A DNA stretch of 61,716 nt, filler included, from Vannella sp. (lineage: Eukaryota), in assembly GCA_023345925.1 (NCBI GenBank). It is 6 parts of 6 records of this genome, joined end to end, with 100 filler letters (N's around TTAATTAATTAA, not from the genome) between each part and the next. Parts side by side here need not be neighbours in the genome. Positions count along the whole stretch, not along the records: positions 1 to 9,999 come from JAJQQN010000854.1; positions 10,100 to 19,854 come from JAJQQN010000696.1; 4 more parts are not named here. One strand, written 5' to 3'. Positions 1 through 11,649 of this stretch are shown piece after piece (position 1 is the first letter of the stretch; each line of letters begins with the position of its first letter). A model generated the notes under the pieces. It did not search any database. It was not told the origin of the DNA and saw only the letters and a program-made list of their open reading frames with translations. Position numbers and translations under genes: made by a program.

Positions 1-200
1 TTCTACTTTAGGTAACTGAAGTATCCCTCTATGGTAGGCTCACTAGACTATTTTGGATTTTTGGCGAGATACGCGAGATTTTTTGTACGATAACTGGTTT
101 TGGCAATTCAGAATTACCCAAAATGAAATATAGAACAGACCCGCATCTATTCTTTTCATCTCAATGAGGAGTTGCGAAAATCATTCTTTCCCTGGTTCTG

Positions 201-1607
201 ATGGAGCACGACAAGTTCCTCGTCATGGACTCGGGTGGCTTCATTCGAGGGTTTCATCAACTCGATCAGTTCTACACAGAGGTAATGGGGGTCCTTTGAT
301 GCTCGGAGTGTTCTGACGGGGGCAGTATGAGCTCATCTCAACGCCTGAAGTAATGCAGGAGATCCGCGACCACAAGACCCGCAAGAAGCTGGAATCGAGT
401 GTTCTTGAAGTGCAGCTGCGCACTCCCCATCCTGATGCGATGAAGAGAACATTGGACTTTTGCAAAGCGACGGGAGACTACGCAGCACTGTCGGCTGTGG
501 ATATCAAAGTGATCGCCCTCGCTGTCTCCACGGAGATGGAGAAGAACGGCGCCAAGTTCTTGAAGGACATTCCTTCTGCTCCTCAGTACCAACGCGCTCG
601 CCCTCTTACGAAGGATCAGGAGAGGCAGTGCGGTCTCCGCTTCCCAATCTTCCCCTCCGTGTCCAAGGAGAAAGGCGAGGAAGGAGAGGGCGAAGACAGG
701 ATACAAGAGCAAGAGAATGAAGAACAGGATGAGGACCATCTGGAGATTCAAGAGGAACAAGAGAGGGAGAGCGAGGATCCACAGAACGCTCCCGAACAAC
801 CACTTGCCGAAGAGGATGGAGAAGAAGAGGAAGGGGAAGACGAAGGAGATACTGAAAATGAAGACGACACAGACGAGGGTTGGATCACACCAGACAACTT
901 CAACTCCATCCTATTCCACGCTGATAAGCCGGATGAGGACGAGGATCGGGTCTTTGTGGCGTGTTGCACCACGGACTTCGCGATTCAAGTAAGCTTGCCT
1001 TGTGAATCGGTTTCTTTGTATCTTACAGCAACTTAGAACGTGCTCCTGCAGATGGGTGTCAAGTTGATCAGCATTGACGGACTTCAGATCAGGAATGTCC
1101 GCAACTGGACGTTACGATGCTTTGCGTGTCACAGGTAGGTATCTCACACCCTCTCCTGGTGGAAGCGGCTCATTTGGTCCCTTCTCAAGTGACTAATCAG
1201 AGGAATGGGGGCGATTCAGGGTGACTGCGGAGCGAACAAGGGTGTTCTGCCAGTACTGCGGGAACCAAACGATGAAGAAGATATCTATCTTCATTGATGA
1301 GTCCGGAGAGATCAAGTACGTCGAGCCCCGCCGTAAAATCACCACAAGAGGGACAATGTTCTCCCTTCCAAAGCCTAAGATTGGCCGTGCCAACCATCCT
1401 CATAGCCAAGTCATTGTCACAGAGCACCAGTACAACAAGAGCGGTCTAGCTGGTCAGAAGAAGAAGGATTTGGACCTGATGATGGACAGTGAGTTCTCTT
1501 TCGCCCGTCGGAAACCAGATTCTCGCGTTGGCGGGCTCATTCGAGGGAACCCCAACCAAGTAAAGCGGACTACCAACAAGAACAAGCGCAATCGCCGCCG
1601 CAAGTAA
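201..1607 (+). CDS. NOB1: NOB1 20S pre-rRNA D-site endonuclease (PIN domain + zinc ribbon), 4 exons
   Basis: Spliced model MEHDKFLVMDSGGFI...TPEVMQEIRD...TGDYAALSAVDIKVIALA...GWITPDN...TTDFAIQNVLLQMG...RCFACH...FCQYCGN; GT-AG introns 282-325, 989-1036, 1135-1219. Confidence 0.95.
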
Positions 1608-1716
1608 CCAGGCGCTCCTCTTGAACTCCCGTGCGAAGGTCAAATGCTTGAGGTGCCGGCTCAGAGATGTTCCAGTCCTTGTTGTAAGAACTTCCCATAA
1701 ACCCCATTTTTTGATC

Positions 1717-2174
1717 ATGCTAAGGAGGTCGTTGCCTGCCCTTTGTCGTTTCTCTGCTTCGGAGGTGGCGTGCTCCTGGACAGCACCTCAAACGCGCATG
1801 TATGCGGGAGTCTTTGATTCAATCATGGATGTGGTGAACAAATCAGGAGGTCCCGCCAAGATCAAGGAGATGATGAACCAGACTTATGAGGGCGAGTCGA
1901 AGAACGGATTGGTTCAGATCAGTCTCAAAGGTGATGATACTATTCACAAAGTGACTGTCAAGCCTCAACTTCTTGAGAGGAGCGTCTCCGTAGTCGAAAA
2001 CTCCATCGAGGAGGCTTTCTCCTCCGCCGTGCGACAAGTAAGCCCCTGCCCTAGCAACCCAACCCCTTCTCCATTAACATACCTCCTTAGAAACAAACAA
2101 CCATGATCCAGGACTGGATGAAGAATGGAGGAGAGGTCCCCAAAGGCTTCGGCAACATGCCCGTTCCTCGCTAA
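1717..2174 (+). CDS. YbaB/EbfC-family nucleoid-associated protein with mitochondrial-type presequence
   Basis: YEGESKNGLVQISLKGDDTIHKVTVKPQLL...VENSIEEAFSSA matches the YbaB pattern; N-terminus MLRRSLPALCRFS; intron 2038-2090. Confidence 0.75.
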
Positions 2175-2289
2175 CCTCATAAACGCACCTCTTCCATCGT
2201 ATGATCACACTCAAAGGTCTGGAAATGGTCAGGGCGAGGAGAAGCGAGCATTTCCCTTCGTCTTGGGACCCTCCGCATCACTCGACTCA

Positions 2290-3867
2290 ATGGACGAGTT
2301 CAGTGAGGTGTTGGATGGTAGGAATGCGCTTACAAGAGCGCCTTCATCCGAATGGTGACTCGTGCTCTATGAGAGGGCGTGTCTAACCTCGCTGTAGAGC
2401 CAGTCGAACGGTCTCGCACGGACAAGCGTGGGAAGTCAGAGCATGTGCAAATCGCTTCTCCAGCGCAGGATAGAGACACTTCGCCATGTCTTTCACCTTC
2501 TTCCGAACGGTTTGACTTGGACGCGGCCTTTGCCAAGCAAGTCACCGCCCAGAAAGGTCTCTTCAGTGGCAGCCTCTTCCAATCCACCAAGGGGCGACTC
2601 TATAACATGGTCAAAGCATGTAAGGGATCTCTTTGAAGGATAGAGGCTGTCCGTGACAACCATTGCGTGGGAAAACAGATCGTTTCTCTCCTTCTTACTC
2701 TCCACACATTCCCATCTTCATGATGGGCCACTTCTACGACATAGGATCAACAGGACAAGATATGGACGCAGAAGTGACGCTTACTAGCTTACTAGAAGTA
2801 TCAGCAGAGGCTCGACGGTTCCGTAAGGACTTCGAATCCCTCTTCTGGTTCACCTATCGAAGGAACTTTCCTCCCTTTGCCAGTTCTAGCCTATCGACAG
2901 ACATGGGTTGGGGCTGTATGATCCGTTCTGGACAGATGCTTCTCTGTAATGCACTTCTCACGTTCTTGACAACCCATTGCGAGCTGTCCGAAGACATGAA
3001 AGACCAAAAATCGTTGGGCCGCTGCGTTTTAGAGTGGTTTCTGGACTATCCTGGTCCCTCTTATCCGTTTTCCATTCACAATATCATTGCTGCAGGAAAC
3101 TACTTCCAAGTTAAGCCAGGAGATTGGCTTGGACCCTCCACTATATGCCATATACTTAAGTATGTTCCTTTCGCCCTCCCCTTTGTGACCCTGACCGGCC
3201 TTTTGAAGGCTCCTCGTGAGGAAACATCGACCGTTTGGGTTAAATATGTACGTAGCAAAGGATACTACGGTGTGCAAAGCAGCTGTGTCGAGTCTGTGTA
3301 CGCCTCTTCGAGTTTCAGAGCATTCTTCAGAAGAAGTGGAATCCGAAGCTATCTCACTATTCAAACCCATTCTCATCGCCATTCCTTGTCGGCCGGGAAT
3401 GGACACTATTGAGGAGTGTTACATACCCACTTTGAAGTCTCTGATGAGCTCTCCGATAAGTATGGGCATGATTGGAGGAAAGCCCAATTCTTCTTTGTAT
3501 TTTATCGGGTTCCAAGGTGAGTTGGCCTCCCGTAGTACTCTAACTCGGTACTTATAGAACGCTAGATAGTGATTTCATCCTCCTGGATCCCCACCAAGTC
3601 CAAGTCACTCCTCCCAAGGGGGATGTGGATTCCTGTGCCGACACTTTCCATTGCAAGATGCCTCACAAGCTCCCTGTCAATCAAATAGACCCCTCCATGG
3701 CACTTGCCTTCCTCTGCAAGAACGCAGACGATCTGACCTCCTTCTACGAGCTCGCCCAGTCCCTCCAAGAGCACGGCAATCCGCTCTTCGAAGTCATCGA
3801 CAACCTCCCGCCCGACCAAGTAGTGCGCTCCAAGGATATCAAATTCGCCCTTTCTTCGTCTGATTAA
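2290..3867 (+). CDS. ATG4: ATG4 autophagy cysteine protease (multi-exon; start approximate)
   Basis: WFTYRRNF, TDMGWGCMIRSGQMLL, FSIHNI, GMIGGKPNSSLYFIGFQ, LDPH, TFHC, IDPSMALAFLC. Confidence 0.93.
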
Positions 3868-3965
3868 AGGATATCAAATTCGTATTGAATGACACGTGGG
3901 CCCACTCGATGGGGGAAGAGCTTTCTCCTTCCTCTTTCTCGCATTTCCTCCCCATCCTTTGTAGC

Positions 3966-4790
3966 ATGCCAGAGGAGGTGCAATTGAAGCTTCTGTTGAT
4001 TGGGAACAGTGGGGTGGGCAAGTCTTGTAAGATATCAGCTTGGGGTTGGCGTGGTAGAACTGACGCGGGCTCTTCCCTTGGTGTCAGGTGTTCTTGTTCG
4101 CTTTGTTGATGATGAATTTGATGAAGATACTCCCTGTACCATTGGTACGTTCTCACGAGTGCTTATCGTCATGCCCTCGCCTTATAACTGGGTGGGAACA
4201 GGAGTGGACTACAAGAACACAGTCTTGGAGGACTTTCATGGCAAGAAGGTGAACTTGAGCATTTGGGACACAGCAGGGCAAGGTACACCTCCCCTCTACC
4301 CTCATGGAAGCTTACGTTGCATTCTAATGTTCGCTGAAGAGAAGTTCCGCTCCCTGACGAGCTCCTACTATCGAGGGACCCACGGTATTGTAGTTGTCTT
4401 TGATGTTGGAGATCAAAGCAGCTTTGACAACGTCGACACATGGCTGAACGAAGCACAGCTGTACGCAGTCAAGTGCGATCCCGTGATCCTCTTGATTGGC
4501 AACAAGGTAGATAAGCCTGTAAGCTCTTGAATACCTACAAAGTCGCTGTGTTCACCATGAATCGACAGGGTCGTGTCGTTTCCAAGAAGGATGCAACGGA
4601 CTATGCACGGCAGAAGGGAATGGTCTACATTGAGACCAGTGCTAAGACCAAGGTTGGCATCCAACAGACCTTTGAAGAGCTCGTTCAGAAGATCCTCGAC
4701 AAAGGCAACTACGCTCCTGACTCTCGTCCCGCTGCTGTAAAGCCCGGTTACGAGACAAACGAACAACCTGGCGATTGGGGATGTTGTTAA
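3966..4790 (+). CDS. RAB18: Rab18-like small GTPase (multi-exon)
   Basis: GNSGVGKS, TIGVDYK, WDTAGQEKFRSLTSSYYRG, GNKVD, ETSAK, C-terminal CC prenylation signal. Confidence 0.85.
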
Positions 4791-4962
4791 ACAATTCGTT
4801 CTTCATTTAATTGATGTCTATAAATACATTCCCTCCCTGTTCACACCATCGGCGATGGAATTACAGGAACAATCATTTTCTTAGAACGATCGGTTCCTTT
4901 CCACAACGTTCTTCCTTTTTAGGGCCTGTCGTAATGGTTCTTTTCTTGGTCTCCAGACGCGG

Positions 4963-6475
4963 ATGGTGTTCTTCATCGACGAGGAGTATGAAGAAGCAGC
5001 TTTCCACCCCCTGCATTTGATAGCGCAGCAGATCGTACGGCGCTTTGATAACAGTCAGGTGCGACGGCTTTCGACCCTCCTTGTCCTTTGTTCTAATAAT
5101 GGAGCAGATCGAGAACAAGATGCTTGACGATATCAAGCACCACCAAGCACTGCGCTTGAATGTTGTTCTCTGCTGTCCTCTTCACGTGAAGAACGGTCGT
5201 ACCTTTTCTCGGGACCATGTTCTGTTAGAAAAGTGGAACGTAGAGCCCAGGTAGGCCCATTGAACACCAACCATGCCCATTGTTTCTAATGATGCGTGTT
5301 CAGTGGTGCCAATAGCAGCTGGAACGTCCAAGAAGAACTTTGTTGGGAAGATGATGGAGTTGAGTCTGTTCTCCTTGGCCTTCCACTTCAAAGCGAGAGC
5401 TTCTCTCCTGCGACAATGCTCTATGGTAACTCTGGTGCTACACCAGAGGTCCCAGAGAACACTTTAACGAGGAATGCGCGAATTTCGCATAGCACTTGGG
5501 ATGACTCTTACATCATCACCGTTGAGTTCTCTCAGCCTCCTGATCTTGTGAGTATACCCTCTGTATCTACTTCTGAATCGGTTCTAATGAGCCTTGAAGA
5601 AGTGGAAGGGCTCCAACTGCCAACTTCTTCTGGAGGTGGAAGAAAGCAACCTCTCAGCTTCCTGTGTACACAGCGATTGTGGCTACATAGACGACGAGAA
5701 CATCTACTCTCCACAAGAATCACTCAAATCAGACTCTCCTCCCTCTCACAAGCCCACAAGCAAGCCTACAAGCAAGCCCATCAGCATTCCATCTCCCAAA
5801 CTGACGTGCTTGGGCCTTGCTGAGGGATCTCCACGCTTTCCAGATCGTCCAGCTAGGAGAGTGCGATCAAACACCACGGGATCAACCACAAAGCGCTCCC
5901 GCCTGAGCTCGGGTACCAACAGCAACGACTTGGTAGGGTTTGCGGGCTCCCTTCAAGAGTCCTTGCTCAGCGGACATATGTCTACCACAAAGAGTAGCAT
6001 CTTCAGCGGCTTTACTGCCAAAGTATCCGGAACGTCTCCTCGCCCCAACACACCAACGCCCCACTTGAAGATCCCTTTCGATGCTCACTACTACCACCTT
6101 GAAGACTACAACAAGACACCGTACGCTGGCACTGTGTTCTTACCGAACGAGAGGTTCCGCATTGCGCCAGCTGGACAACTACAAGTAACCGTCTTTAACC
6201 CTTGCAACACCCCAGTGAAGGTGTTCGTAGTGGAGTACGACCTCTCCACCATGCCAGCATGCAGCAAGACCTTTGTGCGTCAAGTCATCCGCACATCTGC
6301 AGCACCACACATCCTCCACTACGCCGTCCAGTTCACGATCATCCGTAGCAAGCATGGTCGGTTTTATATGTACAACAACATCCGAATTGTCTTCCCCCAC
6401 CGGAAACCTGACGAGAGGGACGACCTTGAAGTCCTTTACCAGTCCCCCAGCCATCCCCAACCATTCCGTGCTTGA
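4963..6475 (+). CDS. FAM214/Atos-family protein (DUF4210 + chromosome-segregation domain)
   Basis: GSLQESLLSGHM...FDAHYY...TPYAGTV...GQLQVTVFNPCNTPVKVFVVEYDLSTMP...KTFVRQ...LHYAVQF...NIRIVF; 5' exons inferred from splice sites. Confidence 0.85.
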
Positions 6476-6629
6476 GCAGCAACTGTATTATAATCACATC
6501 TGTCTATCACTCACCCTATCCATCCCTCTTCGCCCTTCCCCTCTCCCCTTCCTGTCCTGACCGATCAAGTTCTGTCTGAATCAGGTCAAATACATCTTAT
6601 TCGCTTACTATCTTCATCCACAGTGAGAT

Positions 6630-8411
6630 TCAGACCCGTTCGATCACATCATTGACAAGGACAAACGGATAAGTGGGATGCGAAAGGAACTTGATGGGAG
6701 TGGACCGCAAGTGGGCACTGTTGTCCCACGTGTGATCAGGAACATGAGTAGCGTGAGGTATTTCAACTTTGTACCGAGTCTCTTGCGCCATTCGGTGGGC
6801 CCATTGGTAAACTGTCTCTCGAACTTCACTTTTGGGAAAAGTCCGGATTCCCACTCGGTGGAGAGCTTCTTGGAGTCCGCTTATCAAGTCAAGGGAGAGT
6901 ATGAATCCTCCTTTCGTTACCTCTACTTCTTGTGTCCCACGGAGCACTCCAGGAGATTGTCCCTCAGCGTGGAATAACAATTGAACCAGAACGGCACTGG
7001 AAGAGATCATCATTAGTGCCTGACAGGAAGTATCTATCACATGGCGACTGAGATGAGGATAATAAGTTTCTATCAGACGGTACAAAAGACGATCTACATC
7101 CAAAGGAACCACCGAACGCACGTGGACGGACGAAGAAGCGGGATTACTGGACTCAGTCGAGTGCCGTGGGTCCATAAAGTATTTGAATGTCAAATGGTCA
7201 TCATGAAGCATCTCCTCTCCATCACATTCAGGGACGAATACATCCAACGGACAGTAAGAGACTAGAATCCGATAAATGGAATGTTTGAGAGTCAGAAGAA
7301 TCCAAACGCTTTTCTCTTCTTCATTGAAGACAGCTAACCTGGGACTAAACGGTGTAGTAAATGGAGAAGCCGGGAATGTTATGCAAAGGGACGCTCCCCT
7401 TTCCTCTTCTTCAAGAGGGGAGGGCACAAAACAAAGATATCCACTCCCTTCTTCTTCTCCCTCTCTGTAGTCGACTAGCCTTGAAGGTAAAGACCTCGCA
7501 TCCAGTTCATCTTGGTAGTGAGACCAATCTGCTAGACGAGTGCGGGCTTCTAAGGTGGCCTCCTTTCCAGCTCCAATTGTCACAACAGGTGGTCCAATGT
7601 TTCGAGCTGCGAGGGAGTTGGGGAGCGCATTCCGCTGTACCCTCCGACTATCAGCAGTAGCCACTGGTTTAGGAGTAGCTCTCCTCTCTTTGGCACCGCT
7701 ATAGAGAAGAAAGAGAGCTCGATCGGCCGTTTGGTGGATGCAAAGGGAGTGAACATCCAAAGGGATTGCGCAGCATCGTATTCGCTCTTCCATACGTGCC
7801 AAGGCTATTGACTTGGTTGCAATGAGAGGCCGATTGGACTTACTACTAGCCGGTTGAACTGGGAGTGGCACAGAATAAGAGATGGATTGGAAGGTGATTC
7901 TCATCCAGTAGAGTTCGATGGACTTTTGCCAGCCCTCTCCACTCCATTGTACTTCTTCGTTCTCATCGTGCTCACACACGCGGTAGCCAAGCATAGAGAG
8001 GCTGTTAGAGCCTGGCTTCCTCTGAGGAAAGCCGAGAAGGACCAGATCGCCATTGTAGAGATCGTGCTCGATGCGCTTGTCTACTTTAGTGAGTACGCTA
8101 AGGCGAGAGAGGCATGGGCCGCTCAGTTTCTTGTCGTACAGAGAGAGCAGAGAGTCAACAGGAGAAGAGCTCTGCGGCTGGCGCGCCCAAGAGGCTGTCC
8201 CACGACCAGTAAGCTCCCGCAACAAGAGCTGTTGGGTTATAGGAACGTTCTTCTGCACAAGAGCTTCGCGTATCCGAGTGGCACGAAGAGCACGATCCGC
8301 CGCCAGCTTCTCTTCCTCAGCAGCTTCCAGCTTCTTCTGCACTTGCATCCGTTCCTGCTTGCTCCTCCGTCGATAGGTTTGCGTTGGCATCTTACGGAAC
8401 ACAGTGGACAT
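6630..8411 (-). CDS. 593-aa hypothetical protein, possibly DCAF15-like
   Basis: Long intronless ORF; VLLGF...LGY near the N-terminus and C-terminal NSAHLRSTPIKFLSHPTYPFVL recall DCAF15 (weak, by eye). Confidence 0.6.
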   Translation of the reverse strand: MSTVFRKMPTQTYRRRSKQERMQVQKKLEAAEEEKLAADRALRATRIREALVQKNVPITQQLLLRELTGRGTASWARQPQSSSPVDSLLSLYDKKLSGPCLSRLSVLTKVDKRIEHDLYNGDLVLLGFPQRKPGSNSLSMLGYRVCEHDENEEVQWSGEGWQKSIELYWMRITFQSISYSVPLPVQPASSKSNRPLIATKSIALARMEERIRCCAIPLDVHSLCIHQTADRALFLLYSGAKERRATPKPVATADSRRVQRNALPNSLAARNIGPPVVTIGAGKEATLEARTRLADWSHYQDELDARSLPSRLVDYREGEEEGSGYLCFVPSPLEEEERGASLCITFPASPFTTPFSPRLAVFNEEEKSVWILLTLKHSIYRILVSYCPLDVFVPECDGEEMLHDDHLTFKYFMDPRHSTESSNPASSSVHVRSVVPLDVDRLLYRLIETYYPHLSRHVIDTSCQALMMISSSAVLVQLLFHAEGQSPGVLRGTQEVEVTKGGFILSLDLISGLQEALHRVGIRTFPKSEVRETVYQWAHRMAQETRYKVEIPHATHVPDHTWDNSAHLRSTPIKFLSHPTYPFVLVNDVIERV

Positions 8412-8937
8412 CTCCTCGCCGCTCTCTCTTTCCGTTCAGAGCACTGACCCGCCCCGTTACGCATTCCCTCTTCCCGCTCAAATGAACCAATTTAATGACC
8501 TTCAACGCCTTTATTCTTATCAACTCCAGTTATCCTTTTGAGCCCTGACCCTCGGTTGGGGCTGAACCCCCTTGCTGAGCCCTGCTACGGAGGCTTCCGC
8601 TTGCAGGGAGACTCTGGACTCTTGCATGTACAAATGAAAGTGTCCAAGGTGATAAGGAGTCAGGATCCCATCACTAACAAGGGAAGCACGCTCCCAAATC
8701 CTTTACCTGAGCGATTACAGCTGACAGATCACGAGCCTTCTCAGCAGACCAGTTCTCCGCTCCCACCAACCTTGCACGGAGGATATCCATTTCTTCAGTC
8801 GAGCTAAGCTCTTCTGGTCCGTTCAATGTTCGGTTTCAAGCCACGGCGACCAGATGGTGATCTCAGAAGACGGGGCTCCTTGGAAAGGTGAGCATCTTGT
8901 GGATCATACCAACTCCAGGAGGCTTACAGACCCACAG

Positions 8938-9035
8938 AGCGCACGAAGGACATAGCCTTCAACGTGGGGCGATCGTTTCACAGATGCACCGTGCACGGCT
9001 GATCCATGGGGACCTCACAACATCCAACATGATGG
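8938..9035 (+). pseudogene. Bud32/TP53RK kinase gene fragment (frameshifted)
   Basis: IAFNVG / IVSQMHRARLIHGDLTTSNMM with a 1-nt shift at the G-run 8966-8969; flanked by splice sites; no downstream DFG or 'VDLYVLE' exon seen. Confidence 0.6.
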
Positions 9036-9087
9036 GTCAGAGAGAGGGACGTAGAGAGTAGGCGGTAGGCAGCTGCAGCAGCACCCA

Positions 9088-9256
9088 GTCAGCAGTAGGA
9101 GACATGAAAGGGAGTGTGAGAAGTCTCCTACTGCTGACCCGAATCTGAGAGCTTCGGAGCATGAGTGCCTTTTTCGGACCTACTTCATCGTTGCTCAAGC
9201 ACGTTATCAAGAGAACTCTCAGTGTGAGAAGTCTCCACTCTTGCTCCGAAGCTCTC
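9088..9256. repeat. Two adjacent inverted repeats sharing a 16-nt direct repeat
   Basis: gtcagcagtaggagac (9088-9103) / gtctcctactgctgac (9123-9138); gagagcttcggagca (9147-9161) / tgctccgaagctctc (9242-9256); agtgtgagaagtctcc at 9113 and 9221. Confidence 0.85.
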
Positions 9257-9380
9257 GACCAGACCCCTCGAATTAGGAGCCAACGAAATGACGAAAGTTT
9301 TCTTTTTTAAAGGTCCAAAGTGTGTTTATGAATCAATTACTTTTCCCGAAGTTAGTAAGTTTGTCCTGAAAGGTGCGGAA

Positions 9381-9999
9381 TCACTTACTGACCACAACCT
9401 TCATGTGAAGGCGTTGATGGGCTTTCCATCGGACATAGATTTCGACGAGAACAACGGAAACACATACCACAAGGAGAGCCACAACGCCAAATCCGACCGA
9501 CAGCCAAAACAAAGTCCCTAAAGTGGTCGATTCGCAACGGGATGGCTGCGAGTTATCATTTCCAGAGAGAAAGAGAGCGAAGTTTGTCAGGTGATCTGTT
9601 TCACCGCAAAGGAGACGGGCGCCAGTCCTGTTGGTAGGCCTCGTGAGGCACCTGTCTTGGCACACCCACTTGGCCCTCCTTTCATCGAAGTAGCCAAGGC
9701 AAACCTCGTTGATCTTTGTGCCGTTGGGGCGGCTGAAGCAAATGGTCAACGGAGACTCCAGTTGGGTGATTTCATTGCCAGCACCATCAACCAGAGAGAC
9801 ATTGATGATGGGGCTGGCAAGATTCCCCGTTGGTAGTTGATTTGTACCAGGCACAGCGTTGCAGGAGGTGAAGACAGTCAGGATCGTGTTGTCTTGATTC
9901 GATAGATCTGGCGGAATGAACAAGGCTGCCACTCCTTCACTTGGAGAGCCAGGCAGCTCCACATATTCACTCCTTTGGATACCGGAGGCGACCGTCTTG
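9381..9999 (-). CDS. GAIN/GPS-domain single-pass membrane protein, 3' part (5' truncated by contig end)
   Basis: CLGYFDE..KWVC...LCGETDHLTNFALFL GPS autoproteolysis motif followed by one TM helix. Confidence 0.8.
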
Positions 10000-10099
10000 N
10001 NNNNNNNNNNNNNNNNNNNNNNNNNNNNNNNNNNNNNNNNNNNTTAATTAATTAANNNNNNNNNNNNNNNNNNNNNNNNNNNNNNNNNNNNNNNNNNNN
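10000..10099. other. Artificial contig-joining spacer
   Basis: N44-TTAATTAATTAA-N44 (stop codons in all six frames). Confidence 0.97.
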
Positions 10100-10684
10100 G
10101 ACGTGTTGGGGTGAGGAAGGGGAAACTGCAACCAAAGGAGGCAGATGCAGTAACAGAGACTACTCCACTTGGCTTAGAGGAGCAACAGGAAGAGCAAAGG
10201 GCACCTGGAGGAGGCAAGGGAGAAGCGGGCGTAGCAGAGGCTGCAGGTACATCCAACAAGTCACGGTGAGCTAAGTAGTGCCACTACGGTGCCACCAAAG
10301 GTGTGTGGGCCAAAGGAACAGTGGAAATCACCGGGAAAGTTCAAGTTCGAAGCAGGGAGTCAAGTTGGAGGGGAAGAACGCTAACACTCAAGAGTTACTC
10401 AAGGTTGGGTTCGAAGTAACAAAGGAGAGGGGTTACTGAACACTTGGAATGGCTGAGATGGCCTGCGTAATTGATTGAAAAAATGTGACAAAGTACTCAC
10501 GCCGAAACACGTTTAAAAACGCCAGCCAATCTTTCGTGCGTTCGGATTTTGCCGATTTGGGACTATTCAACGCTTAATGCACAAGTGGCGATACTGATCT
10601 TTGCGATTGATATGAGAAACGTCTCTCGTTGTGGTGATCATTGCCAGTGCCATTGGAAACGCTGCCACGAAGATCTTCAAATGT

Positions 10685-11540
10685 TTATGGGTTTCTGATG
10701 TCGAACACAAGCGGTGGCTGGAGTGGCTTGTAGTTAAAGGTGCACGTAGAGGCGTTGATGTAGGTTGTGGTTCCATCAGAAGAGGCGCCAGGATCCTCGT
10801 GGATGTGACCGAAGATGTGATAACGCGGCTTGATTCGGGTTTGGATTTCTTGGAGAAGATAGTGGCAGCCCACACGATTCCCTCGTTTACAAAGATCCCC
10901 TCGACCCAGAGGCGGCCCGTGAGTGATCAGAATGTCAACGTTATCCGGAATCATCTTCCATTTGTCGAGGAGACTTTCATCTCGAGGAAGGTTGAAGGCC
11001 CATCCAAAGAACTCTGGCTGCCAAGGGCTTCCATACACTGAGAAGCCCAGCACATCTACTAGCTGATCTTCAAGATAGATGCAGTTGGTGAGCAAGCCCT
11101 TCATCTGAAGAGGATCGTAAGGCGTCTTCATCCGTGAGGAGTGAAATTCGCGGTAGAGGCTCTAACAACTGTTTGGTGAGGGTTTGGAGAATCACGCCTG
11201 AGTGGTCACGTACGGGAAGGTAGTTCTCTGCATCGAAAGGGATGTCATGGTTCCCGGCAATCACAACTTTGTGAGCGTGGGGCAGCTCTCCCAACCATCT
11301 GTTGAAGCTAATCACATCTTTCTCTAACCCAACGTTTGAGAAGTCGCCAGCATGCACCAAAACATCGCCCTCCGGAACAAAGGGGATAGAAGCATGGCTC
11401 GCGTGAGTGTCTGAAAGGCAAACAAAGCGGGTAGTACCCTCTTCCTTCGGCTTGGTGGGATCTGCCAAGTTCACTTCAACAAACCTCTGCGTCTGCCGAG
11501 CTCTCGCCCACTCCCTATCTGGATCTATCGGCGCCAACAT
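10685..11540 (-). CDS. Metallophosphoesterase MPPED1/2-like
   Basis: CLSDTH, HAGDFS, IAGNHD, YGSPWQP, LITHGPP, HIFGHIHE, INAS. Confidence 0.9.
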
Positions 11541-11649
11541 AACAATGAGGAACTCTCTTGTCTCATTCCTGCTCTCTTCTCGTTTCCAAGAATTCACAAA
11601 TGGCGTTACTCATCATTATGGGAACCGACACAGCTTCTACGATTGCTAT

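Noticed and set aside
660..880. Acidic stretch in NOB1 as a novel insertion
   Set aside because: Acidic linkers before the GWIT motif are normal in NOB1.
3832..3882. 16-nt direct repeat aaggatatcaaattcg around the ATG4 stop as a target-site duplication
   Set aside because: Only 19 nt lie between the copies and there are no element features; likely local slippage.
10000..10099. TTAATTAATTAA palindromes within N runs as biological elements
   Set aside because: An identical six-frame-stop linker occurs at all five gaps, so it is artificial.
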